Below, piece by piece: positions 47,977-64,000 of a DNA stretch of 64,000 nt. Each line of letters begins with the position of its first letter. Positions within the stretch are counted from its first letter, which is position 1. A program made the position numbers and the translations under genes. The DNA comes from Macrostomum lignano (lineage: Eukaryota). The notes under the pieces were generated by a model. The model did no database searches. It was not told the DNA's origin and saw only the letters and a list, made by a program, of their open reading frames with translations. The stretch spans positions 19,875 through 83,874 of the forward strand of contig NIVC01002477.1 in NCBI GenBank assembly GCA_002269645.1, given 5' to 3'.

Positions 47977-48570
47977 TTAGAAGAAATAATTCTCCAGGGC
48001 TTCATCGGCCTCGTCGACCTCCGACGCAGCTGGTCGACGCCGTCGTTCATCCCTGCCTGGGCGTCCCAGCTCGGAGCGCTCGCGTCCTCTCTTGGCGTCA
48101 TTTTTCTTTTTGTCCTTCTGCTTCCTCTCTGGCCACAAATTGCGCCGGGCCTCCTTAGCGTAGGCGTAAAGCGTTTTGCCACGAGTGGGCGAACCGCAGC
48201 CTTTGAAATGGACCTCCAACTGGTCCTTGTACTTCACTTTGGAAGCGTCGAAATCAGTGGCAATCAGTTGCTTGTCGTTGCGCACGATCATTGTGATGTT
48301 GTCAGTTGACTGGTTAAAGAAAGTAGCCAGGTTGTTGCTAAGGTTGGCGAAGCTGTTGTTAAGAGTGTTCAGCTGCAGTGTGCGAAAGTACGGATGTGGC
48401 TCGTCCACCTTGCGCACAAGCAAATAAAAAGTCCCGTTCGAGCCGCTGGACCAATTGCCCCGTCCGCCGCGGTTGCCGCTTCGCCATCTCTTTCTGCCCC
48501 AGGCGTCCGAGCTGCCGACAAGGCAGACTGCTGCCACCAGCACAATTAAGAGTGCCAACGAGAATTTCAT
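47977..48570 (-). CDS. Intronless secreted protein (197 aa): signal peptide, W/R/G-rich N-terminus, N-glycosylated ubiquitin-like core, basic then acidic tail
   Basis: MKFSLALLIVLVAAVCLVGSSDA signal peptide; six N-x-S/T sequons; compact ORF between AT-rich flanks. Confidence 0.8.
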   Translation of the reverse strand: MKFSLALLIVLVAAVCLVGSSDAWGRKRWRSGNRGGRGNWSSGSNGTFYLLVRKVDEPHPYFRTLQLNTLNNSFANLSNNLATFFNQSTDNITMIVRNDKQLIATDFDASKVKYKDQLEVHFKGCGSPTRGKTLYAYAKEARRNLWPERKQKDKKKNDAKRGRERSELGRPGRDERRRRPAASEVDEADEALENYFF

Positions 48571-49647
48571 CTCTATGTCTTACAGAAAGTCTGCCAATTC
48601 GAAGAGTTCCAGAATCACAGTCTTATGATCCCGTCTGACACTCGGCCTCCACTCCCTTTTATGCTGATTTTGAACAACCCAATCTTGGCCGGTCAAGGTT
48701 TTCCGCTGGGTTTAAACTGCTGATAATGTTTGCACTGGAAAATGAAAAAACTTGTTATGATTAAACTGGCTATTCTTGTCAGAACCAGTCCAATACCAGC
48801 CTAAGTCACTTGCATAAATGATTCTTATCACTGAATTTCAGCTCTCTGAAAGCTTTGACAAAGGTCCTCGAGTGCTTTGGTCAAAAGAGCACCAATTCCT
48901 TTCTTTGCTACAATCGATGTGCCTAAAGCAATACGTCAAACTGATTAGATAACTTCAGACCCTTTTCTATGTGCAGGAAAAGGTGGGAAGAAATCTCAGT
49001 AGAGCCATTTTAGGTCTAAGTACGAGTGTATACAATCCAGGCTGTCTACAATGAGTCATACATGTAATGAACTAAAACTCATCCCAGACCAATGTAGAAT
49101 TTCTGTTTCCTGTTTTTACATTCTACTATTTGCAAGGAACATAAATAGATTTCATTAATTCAGTGGTAGGATCATCAAACTTTGGGCAGGCACACGTGTG
49201 CACATGCGCATACACATAAACTCCGGAATGAATAAATTAGGTGCTATTGTGTACTGAAGATAATCCAGTTAGAGACAACCTAGCCTCTGGCAGATCTCAA
49301 CAATGCGTCCTTTGTTTGCCCCCTTCTCAGCTGTTTGTGCTATCAGCTCTGAGTAAATTAGTTATGATCACACTCAGACAGGCTTTTGTCAGCTGAGTTA
49401 ATGAGCTGCGAGCATCCGAAGTGGACTGCACTTGCTATGTCTGCTATGTTTGATTTGTAACCATCCTATTTGTGCAGTTGCTCCGTAATTAATTATCTAC
49501 AATGAACCATTGTGTTTCATTTCGCTGTTGACCATGTCATTCAATTAATTAAGTCACACTTTTAGCAAATAAATGGCGCTGCATCGCTTCGGTGGCCAGA
49601 AAAATCCTGCTCATTGTTTGCCTCAAAATCAGCCAACGTAAGCCTCC

Positions 49648-51474
49648 ATGTTTGATCAAATTTCGTTACATTCAGTGTCAAATGACGACAACGAAAAAGA
49701 ACTCTGCCCTATGCAGAGCTGCGGCAAGCTCCATAGTAACCGATTCGATGCTTTGTACTCTGGCCGATTGGGCGAGTTCGAAAGCTACCTGGAAAGTCTG
49801 GCTCCGAAGGAGGTGCGCGAGCTTCTGTTGCCAACAACCGATGCTGTTGAAAATGCGGCTTTGCGATACGGAAGCCTTCAGCCTCTGAGCTCCATGACGG
49901 TGGCCGAGAAAAGAGTCGAGAATTTATCAATCACTCCACTGATTGAGCTGATGATCAATCAAAGAACCGAGTTAGTTATTAAAGCATTGGCGCTCATGAC
50001 AGAAGATACCGAATCACAACATGCTGTCGCTCACAGTGCAAGATTTTCCTTATTCCAACTCGTCGACTTTTGTCGCTGTTTTCCAAACAGAGAGCTGCAG
50101 ATGGCTGAACTTTTCACTCAGCTGGCGAATGCACAGCCGACCCTTTGTGTGAGATGGCTGTTAGTGGAGACCGCTCAAGAAGCTGTAAGACCATTAGAGT
50201 ACGCTTCCATTTGGAATTGTTTTCAGCTGGCCAAAGTCTTCATTGACGTGCCCGGCTATCTCAAAACGACAATTGTCTCAGAGAAAGACAGCAGACTTGA
50301 GATTGACCGCTTCGACTTCTCCAACTATCGCTGGTTCACGGGCTCCCGGTTTACTAGGTCGCCATTTGTTCAACTGAGCTGCGCCACCACGCGACTGATT
50401 AGCGACTTTATCCCGGCGGGATACGCAGATTTCTACGACTGTCCCGCGGTTCAGGGCTACCTGCCAAAAATTCTAGCAACCGGCCCGACTTCACGCAGAT
50501 CCACTTACATACTCATCGTATTTTACGTATTATATTACACAATTTACACAGTCACCCTAACGGCGCGCCTGTTCACAGGAGGTCAATTCAGTTCGAGCTC
50601 TATACTCAAAGTGGCTGGCGAAGCTAATAATACAATCTCGTATCTGACGAAGCTGCCGCAGCAGGTATTAACTGCTCTACTCTACCTGTTCTATTTTAGG
50701 GTAGTTATCCAGCTGCTCTTTATATTCATGGCCTCATCGCTATTGATTTCCTCGCATCTGACCAACATTAGCCTTCCACGGCCGTCTAGAAGGCGGTGGC
50801 TGCCGCTGCATTGGTTACGCAGTGCTATATCGCTCTCTAGCGACATACGCGAAGGCTCGTCCATTGTCTATCTCTTGCATCAGTTCCTGTCGCTAATGCT
50901 AGAGTTTGGCTGGACAAAAATGAACTACGTCACCGTCAATGATGAGCGATTTGTAAATCCTGAAAATTTGAAGATCTTCTTTGCGTTGCACATTCTATTC
51001 CTAATACTATTGATGATATTCTTCTTCGATGAACTGGCCTCGCACTTCAAGGTGTTTTTCTACTTGATTCACAGTTTGCAAGAATCAATGAAGGTTTTGT
51101 ACATCATCATCATGCCTGTCTTTGTACTATGCACCACGATATTCATCTGTCATCCATTCACGGAAGACACTGACAAGGACCTATTGGAAGTACTGGCTGA
51201 CATGATGGTGGGCGCTAGCCGCTACGCGCTGAGCCTCGGTGACTTTTCCGGTCCCAGTAAAGACTTGGTCCTGTGGGGCCAGCCTATGTTCTTCATCATG
51301 GTATCCCTGTTCCTCGTGAACTTCTGCATCGCTCTACTGACGCAACGCATCGCACTAATGGAAGAGCGAACCGAGCTGAGGCAGATAATGCGAATTGTAG
51401 ATTTGCTCCATCAGATATGGCTGATTGCAAGGCTTATTATGAAACGATTTAAAAACATAGCTGAAAACCGTTGA
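49648..51474 (+). CDS. Intronless divergent TRP-like six-TM cation channel (608 aa)
   Basis: Multiple TM helices in residues about 285-560; pre-S1 FYDCPAVQGYL; S4-S5 FKVFFYLIHSL..SMKVLYIII; pore RYALSLGDF; S6 VSLFLVNFCIALLTQ followed by a TRP-helix-like EERTELRQIMRIVDLL. Confidence 0.75.
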   Translation: MFDQISLHSVSNDDNEKELCPMQSCGKLHSNRFDALYSGRLGEFESYLESLAPKEVRELLLPTTDAVENAALRYGSLQPLSSMTVAEKRVENLSITPLIELMINQRTELVIKALALMTEDTESQHAVAHSARFSLFQLVDFCRCFPNRELQMAELFTQLANAQPTLCVRWLLVETAQEAVRPLEYASIWNCFQLAKVFIDVPGYLKTTIVSEKDSRLEIDRFDFSNYRWFTGSRFTRSPFVQLSCATTRLISDFIPAGYADFYDCPAVQGYLPKILATGPTSRRSTYILIVFYVLYYTIYTVTLTARLFTGGQFSSSSILKVAGEANNTISYLTKLPQQVLTALLYLFYFRVVIQLLFIFMASSLLISSHLTNISLPRPSRRRWLPLHWLRSAISLSSDIREGSSIVYLLHQFLSLMLEFGWTKMNYVTVNDERFVNPENLKIFFALHILFLILLMIFFFDELASHFKVFFYLIHSLQESMKVLYIIIMPVFVLCTTIFICHPFTEDTDKDLLEVLADMMVGASRYALSLGDFSGPSKDLVLWGQPMFFIMVSLFLVNFCIALLTQRIALMEERTELRQIMRIVDLLHQIWLIARLIMKRFKNIAENR

Positions 51475-52161
51475 TTATTGAGAACTTGCGGCTACGGTGT
51501 GACTTCGCTGACTAGAGCCATCAATCCTGTCAATTAAACTCTCAGGTACTTCTGGTTTCAGCGAACACCAAGACGCAATCATGCGTGAAATTCAAGATGT
51601 ACAAGTAGAATATTTACGTGACAATTTTTGCATAGTCACACGAAAGGCTACGCACACTCGAGGTCTAACAAGCAAACCGTCGCTATCTCTCCATTGGTGA
51701 AGAGTTGTAATATAGTTCAGATAAGAGTTACTAGTTTCGATAGCAAATAAGATCGAAAATCACATTTGATCCCTATATAATGTTAGATTTCATAACGTCT
51801 AATCGTATTGATACTTTTGCACGTCGAATATCTGATCAATAGAAGAATCACTATTTGATATTTTACAATGGACAATATCTATTGCCGAATTATAATCAAT
51901 GTTTCGTACATTAGAATCTTTTTGTTTCCACTTCTTCGTATTTCTTTTCTTATAAATATAAAAAAAATCAAATAAGAGTCTGAAACTTTATTGATCATAA
52001 ATATACATCAACGAAAATAGTGGCCTCCCTTGTCAGCCGCTTGGTTTTATTTTTCTTGCTCGTTTTCAAGTCATGCAAAATTGAAACAAGAAAACTGAAA
52101 ATAAGTTTTTCTTGCAAGTATTTTCATGGACCGATGGACTTTTAACACGTCACGATTTCTC

Positions 52162-53099
52162 TCAACTGAAGATCCCCGTAGGTAGCCAGCGCTTCACGTT
52201 GAGTGCATTCTCGGCGAGACCTTTGATGCTTTCCTTGAAGTCCGAATTGATCTTTTCGATTAGAAACTTCTTCTCAGATTCGATCAAGTGTGTGACGACC
52301 GGTTTCACTAGGAAGCGATAAAATATCGACATGTTTGTTATTCCCACCGTGATTGCCCCGATCTCCTCTACTTTCAGCTTTTGCATGTCCATTTTTCCTT
52401 CCTTGATGTTGAAAATGAGGCTCACTATGCCGTCGATATACTCTGTGGTGGCATTGAACGTGGGGTGATATACATGGTTCCGAAGCGTCACGTCACTGTC
52501 GTACGAGACCACAACTGGGCCGATGCGAATGGAGAACGTAATCTACAATTAGTGAAGGTTAAGGAATACAGTAAGCAAGTGATTTGACTATTATTGCAAT
52601 TGTTACGAACAGAAGGCCTAAAAGTGAAATGACCCACCTCGGCTTTTCCTTCTTGCATATCTAAGCCGACTTCGCCGTGTCTTCTAGCCGTTGACAAGCC
52701 TTTGCAGACGCCGTTTTTGAGCTCGGCCACGCCGGGATAGGTTTTGCAGCAGACTTGCTTTTCGAATTCAACGCTGCGCTCAGGCAGTTTCAGCGGGTCC
52801 AAGTTAGCCAGCTTCAGCTTGGGCCCCACCGACTTCAGTAGGTCGTCGGCTAGATCGTTGACCATGCCACGAATCTTGTTGGTTGGTATTAGTGACAAAA
52901 TCGAGTTGAAGTTTCGCAACTGTTGTTCGATGCTCTGATTCTGCTGATTCTGCTGCTCAGTAGTGCTGCTGCTGCTGCTGCTTTTTCGCAGTTTTTTCTT
53001 TCGACTCATCTCTTTCGGAATGCTCTTCAGTTTAGTATCGCCTTCGATCGCATTCTCCTTCTTAGGATTGTCGTCCACCTGAAATCCCACTGTTTCCAT
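52162..53099 (-). CDS. Der p 7 (group-7 allergen)/TULIP-fold lipid-binding-like protein; exons 53099-52638, 52542-52162
   Basis: LDPLKLPERSVEFEKQV..GVAELKNGVCKGLSTARRHGEV, a beta-strand series and a C-terminal helix match the Der p 7 pattern as recalled; phase-0 GT-AG intron. Confidence 0.75.
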
Positions 53100-53774
53100 G
53101 TCTGCTTGAGGCGTTTAGAACCGCTGCTTGATCTTGAACAACTTTCTTTGCTTGATGGCAGAGCAGCTCCCTCTGTCTACACTCGCGTCCCACCTCCCAC
53201 TCACTTTATTCCAGCGCGGACGCCAGGCCATAGACATTACTCGACGTTTTGTTACCGAAAAGTTTGGCTACAAAAGTTCGAGTAGTTAGGGGCTTGGAGG
53301 AGATGAGCATGTTGAGGCGTGTACGATTAAAGCAAACTGGGGTCAAGATTTAGACGAGCCTAGTAAGCTCACCACTTTGCTTTACCCATCGTAAAATCTC
53401 TTGTGGAATGAAATCTTCCATTTGTGAATCGAATATTGTCAGATCAGCGGTATAGAAGCCTGAAGACAATTCCTATCTCGCTAATGCATTTCGCTGCAAA
53501 AACCGGTCTTTCATTTTCACGTGCAGCGTCCTTCAACTTCGGTTGCTCATGACTCGCATGAGCAAGAGACTGCATTCAGTAGCATTTCCAACTCTACTTC
53601 CAACAATTGCTTCTTCATCAGCATATTTTGAGGCGAAAATTAGGTTTCGGGGCACACAACTCAGTGACGAACAAGTGAATGATAAACAAATCGACATACG
53701 AGTACCTAATTCACGTCGAAATTCAACTGTTCGTTGACGTAGAAAGTTGCTTTTTAAAGATTAACCTTAAAGAA

Positions 53775-53970
53775 GCATTCCAAATAGGTAGCTGTGGGGT
53801 TACAAATATGTAGCTGTGGAGTGACAAATAGGTAGCTGTGGAGTGACAAATAGGTAGCTGTGGAGTGACAAATAGGTAGCTGTGGAGTGACAAATAGGTA
53901 GCTGTGGAGTGACAAATAGGTAGCTGTGGAGTGACAAATAGGTAGCTGTGGAGTGACAAATAGGTAGCTA
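53775..53970. repeat. 22-bp minisatellite (TAGGTAGCTGTGGAGTGACAAA)
   Basis: About 8 units. Confidence 0.95.
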
Positions 53971-54399
53971 TGGAGAAACATTTAATAGCAGCGTCCTTGC
54001 TTCAAAGCAACCCATTGAATAAAATTGCTGCAATCTGGAGGCATCAGTTAGTTTTTGTAGTGAGGGCTGAGCTCAGAGCCGAAAATCAAGGTGACAATCA
54101 ACCCGCAGCCAATCAACGCTCGAAAATTGGACTCAACAACTCAAAAGCACAACAGCTCAACTGGATAACTGGCCATCAATCAACCTGCCGCTCACTCTCG
54201 TGCAGCCGTTACCTCGACTCGCTGTAGGTAAATCGACGGCTACGATAATTTTCACTAGCTCCTCTCCCGAACACAAGGCATCTTCACCGGTTCTGAATAA
54301 ACGTTCACCTCCGATTTAACGCCAACATCCTAAAATCAAAAAGATTCGTCTTCGAACCTAACTGACTAGAGCAACAAAATAATCAGCACCAAAATCCTG

Positions 54400-54800
54400 T
54401 TCTTGGTCAATCTTACAACGCTTGCAGAATGCCGCTCTGCGCATTGTCACCGAATGCCGCAGCTGCTCTCCAGTCGAGCACCTGCATGCGGAATGCCACC
54501 ATCTGTGGCGATCTCTGCAACTTTCAACGAGTTATTGGTCTTTCCTTCGTGCTTTTCACACTATAATTCATTCTGCCATCATTTATAAACACAATGAGCT
54601 CTTCTTCAACCCTGTCCTGGGCTGGGAACCATCCCTCCCGATATGGACATCCACCGAGCAACTTTGCCGACGTCAAAGAATCACTCAGGCTCAGCTACGC
54701 TCGCAGGTCACTGCAAGCCTCTGGCGACCTTATGCGGCCAAGCTCGACCCTACAATCTCTTCTCTGTCTGGTTACACACACACATACGCACACACACACA
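54400..54800 (+). mobile_element. Degraded 3' end of a non-LTR retrotransposon
   Basis: LTTLQNAALRIVTECRSCSPVEHLHAE and RQRITQAQLRS..Y resemble post-RT LINE ORF2 motifs; frameshifted; ends in a (CA)n tail. Confidence 0.65.
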
Positions 54801-55946
54801 AAGAAAATTTCAAAAATCGTTGTTTTTTGCTTTCTTAAGCTTAATCGTTTTTTTCAAAAGTTACCTTTATCTAAATCAGAAGCACTCTGCCACCGCCATA
54901 TTTAGATGTGAAGGTAATCCGCTATACATTTTTTCCATAAAAAGACGGGTACGCTCGTACAAAGATCAAATAATAATACGCTGAAAGTAACTCCAGTGGG
55001 CTACTCGCGCATGCGACTCTTCGTATAAGTATATTTTGTTAATTCATTGCCTTCTAAGCTCTTGAAAAAATATTTTCATGCAACATCGCGAACTTGCTTA
55101 AGAAAAGAAAACAATACAGCTTTGGCAGTTCTTTGTACAGCAAACGATTCCTTATAAGTTCTCCTAGGTCTAAGGATACAGAAGCAAAAAAAACAGGATA
55201 ACGTGAGATTCTACTGCAGATTTTCCTACCTACGAGTATAAATTGAATAGAAGAAGCGGAATATACAGTCTACGGGCAAGCACAAAATCCTTACTTGAAG
55301 AAAGCAAGATTATAAGGAAACTGTTAAAGACATAAGTATATTGAACTGCGAAATCTACTAATCAAATTAATTGCTAGAAGGCAGTAAATGAAGAGGACGC
55401 TAACAAAAACGACATTGAAAAAGACGACTATATGCGATGTGATGGATAAGAAGAATCCCTTAAAATCTTTCAAAGTGCAACATGTGAGTTGCGCATCACA
55501 AAAGGCATGCAGTAGCGTCCTAAACGGCTGTGATACATGCGACAAATATCGTTTCTTAAAATGCAAGCTCAGCGAATCGGGAAACCGGCATGAAAACTCA
55601 GGAATCAATGCTATAAGTACTCATTCGGCTAACTGTAGACTCCTTATCTTGTTTGCTCAGAAACTGTTTCTATTTTTATTCATGTTCGATAAATCCTTCA
55701 ATGCAAGCATAAAATTGAAATGAAGCTACTTATAGTAGCCTGTCACAAACCTTTCACTATTTCATTAAAGGCTGAAGGTTCACGATTTGAGATCAAGATT
55801 TTGCGACTAAACTGGTCTACCCTAACACTATTTTATATGCATCGGAATTCCTGACCTTTCAAGGCTTCGTACAGACTTTTTATTGTTGATTGAACCAACA
55901 ACTGATCGACGCATAACAAAATCACCAATCGCTCAGTAATTCCCTC

Positions 55947-57075
55947 TCACCTGACCCCGCAGCTGCGCATTTGAAACTTGAGCTCCCACTCGGGAAAGAG
56001 GCTCTGAAGTCTGTCAACGCACCAGCTCAGCCGCCGCCAGTCTGGCCCGCTGATGCTGACGATCGCCCCGCGACACCGCCGAGGCAGCTTCAGCGTCTCC
56101 AGAACCTCGGCCTGGCAGCTGAAGTGGCTGAGGACTTTCAACAGCCGGCGATCCTCCCTGGTCACGAGAGAGCTGAAAACGTCAGACGCGTCTGTCACGC
56201 GGAACACCTGGCAGACTGGAGTCTGCTGCTCGACCGGCTGCCGGCTGTTCGAGTTGGACCGGCCGCGATGACTCGGCCCGTCGGCTGCGCGGTTTCGCGA
56301 CCTCGGCTTCGGCACCGGCGGCGCTGTGAGGTTGTCTCTGAGCTGCGGCTGGCGCTGCTGCTCCCGCCACGGCGAGCTCGGCATCGAGCGGATCTCCAGC
56401 GAGGAGCTGCGAATCCGCGCGGTGTGACGAGACCGGCGCAGCGACGGCTGCTGCTGGCGGTGCTGCCGAGGCGACGGCGACGGGTCAGGAGGCGGAGCTG
56501 GCGTTGGCCGGGTCGCGGTCGGCTCGTCGAGCGTGGTCACGGCGTCGAACGAGGAGCTCACAAGGCTGCTCGAGTTGGCCTCGGCATCCGTCGCCACGTC
56601 GGGTGAGGCGGCCTGGTCGGCTGGGGGCGCCGCCGCCTCCGTGTTGGTGGTCGGAGGGAAAGCCAGGAGGGATGCCCGCGACAGCGAGACGAGCTTTGTT
56701 GCGAGATGGCGTTGCGACCAGGGCGCCGGCGAGCGCGACCGTCTGAGAGGCGGTGGCGGCGTCGACGGGAGACTGGCGAGAAACCGCTGCAACATCTCTG
56801 AACTCTGGGGCTGCTGCGGCTCTTTCTGAGTCTGAGGCTGCTGAGCTGCCTTTTGAGGCTGCTGAGGTTCTCTCTCAGGCTGCTGAGCTTCATTCTGAGG
56901 CTGCTGCGGCTCCTTCTGCTGCAGATGTGCGCCTTGGAACTGGTGCTGCTGCCTTTGCAAGCGTCGCAAAGAATGATCAACGTCCTGAGAAGCCAGTAGA
57001 GGATTGCGGATCGGTGGCGGAGGCAGAAGGTACCGGCGATCGCGACTGCGACTGAGTTGCTGGTGTTGCTGCTGA

Positions 57076-57106
<31 letters not shown>

Positions 57107-57266
57107 GCTGTTGTTGCTGCTGCTGCTGCTGTTTTTGCTGCTTCTGCTGCTGAGCATGCATTTGCTGCTCCTCGACGTGCTGGCGCTGGTGCTGAAGCCT
57201 GGAGTAGCGAGCCCGCACGTGTTCGAGCTTCTGATAGTTGCTAGCCATGTTCGAATCCTCGTGCAT
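55947..57266 (-). CDS. PolyQ/KH-like protein, copy B; probably continues by splicing (donor AG|GTGAGA after 55951)
   Basis: About 99.5% identical to 2638-3945; the apparent stop TGA lies inside a consensus 5' splice site. Confidence 0.7.
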
Positions 57267-58430
57267 AGGACGCTTGTTTTTAGAGCCGTTCTTCCTACTT
57301 TTATATTTATGACAATGTGAGGAAAATAAAGGTGCCTAGGCTCTTCACAGAGCTGGAATCGATGTACTTTTAGGCCTAACGAGAGCAAGTTTCTCGCTCT
57401 GTTTAAGGCATTGAGCCATTCTTAAAAAATGGAATAAGACTGCTTTTATAATACGAAAGCGCAGTGTCTGTGGGCTAAAGCTCTAGTATTAAAGAAGGCC
57501 TTACTTGTGGCTATTCGGAGTTTTAAAAATAGTTTTCCTTGTCGAAGCAATTTTGCAGGGATTCTATCATTTAGCGTTCGTGAGGCTACAAGATACAACT
57601 AAAAACCACACTGCACATTTCACCAAGACCCTCGGATCCTGATTGAGCTCTTGGATTCCAACATGAGGGGTCATACGACATTTTTCTAGCTTACAAAAAG
57701 CCACCTCAACCCACTACTGGAATACATTGTCCGGGTACTGCTGCACAAGATAGCAATGCGAAACTGTTCAGCATAAATTGTTTATCTCTTTGAAGTTGAT
57801 GCGTATCGACATACAGCGCGAACACAAAAAGCATTTTATATTTTTCCGGAGCAAAGCTATAAAAAAGGCAAATACGAGCGTAATTTCAAACTAAATCCAA
57901 AGTACTTTCAGACGCACCAGGTCTAAAAATGTGATTATAATTTTTATAGCTTTGTAATGACGAAGCATGACAGGAAGTGCCACACGGTCTGCTTGTTTTG
58001 CTAAACCGGAAAGTATTACAGAGCAAATCATATTTTAGCTATGGTTACAACGAGATGCAGAAGGTAATCGACGAAATCCGCACGATTCGCACAGCGACGA
58101 AATGCTTTCACTTTTCTGTCCTACCCTTTCTCTCCATTTCGTGATCCGTTCAGCCCCTCCCCCCTCCTATACTTAGCGACTGCACGTTAGCGAAATCTAA
58201 TGCAGCCTGCTACACAGTGTTTGGGCCTAACGAAGGAAATGCTGTCAGTACGTCACTTCAGGTGTACGAAGGCTTTCAACCCCTGCGACCCCCACCCACC
58301 GGCATGCTGATAAGCCCCGGCAGTTTCGCCTGTGTGGTTCAAAATGTAAAAACTGGTCAACTGACATTCACTGTTGTTGAACTTCAGTTAAGCGTCAATG
58401 TAATTTCTCGAGTTTGTGCAGTACCGCAGG

Positions 58431-64000
<5,570 letters not shown>

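Overview
Metazoan genomic DNA with GC-rich exons, GT-AG introns, AT-rich spacers and many minisatellites. The style suggests a free-living flatworm such as Macrostomum, but that is inference only. There is no prokaryotic content or CRISPR array. Genes I can support: a 10-coding-exon coiled-coil CCDC158-like gene (minus, 6063-16177; exon phases consistent, 910 aa) whose seven 3' introns each contain a different minisatellite; a cNMP-binding CNBD2-like gene; GOLPH3; a Der p 7/TULIP-like gene; an intronless divergent TRP-like channel; a GT31-like ORF lacking the DxD motif; a C-type-lectin-like ORF; a secreted glycoprotein with an apparent ubiquitin-like core; and the 5' part of a phospholipase C-gamma gene. 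A polyQ protein with a degenerate KH-like C-terminus is present as two about 99.5% identical inverted copies about 52 kb apart, with homology confined to the coding exon. Mobile DNA includes two solo LTRs of one family (TG..CA, 4-bp TSDs), a tRNA-derived CORE-like SINE with TSD, a Harbinger-type MITE, a Mutator-like foldback MITE, a LINE 3' remnant and several small palindromic elements. All protein family calls come from motif recognition by eye; no database searches were run.
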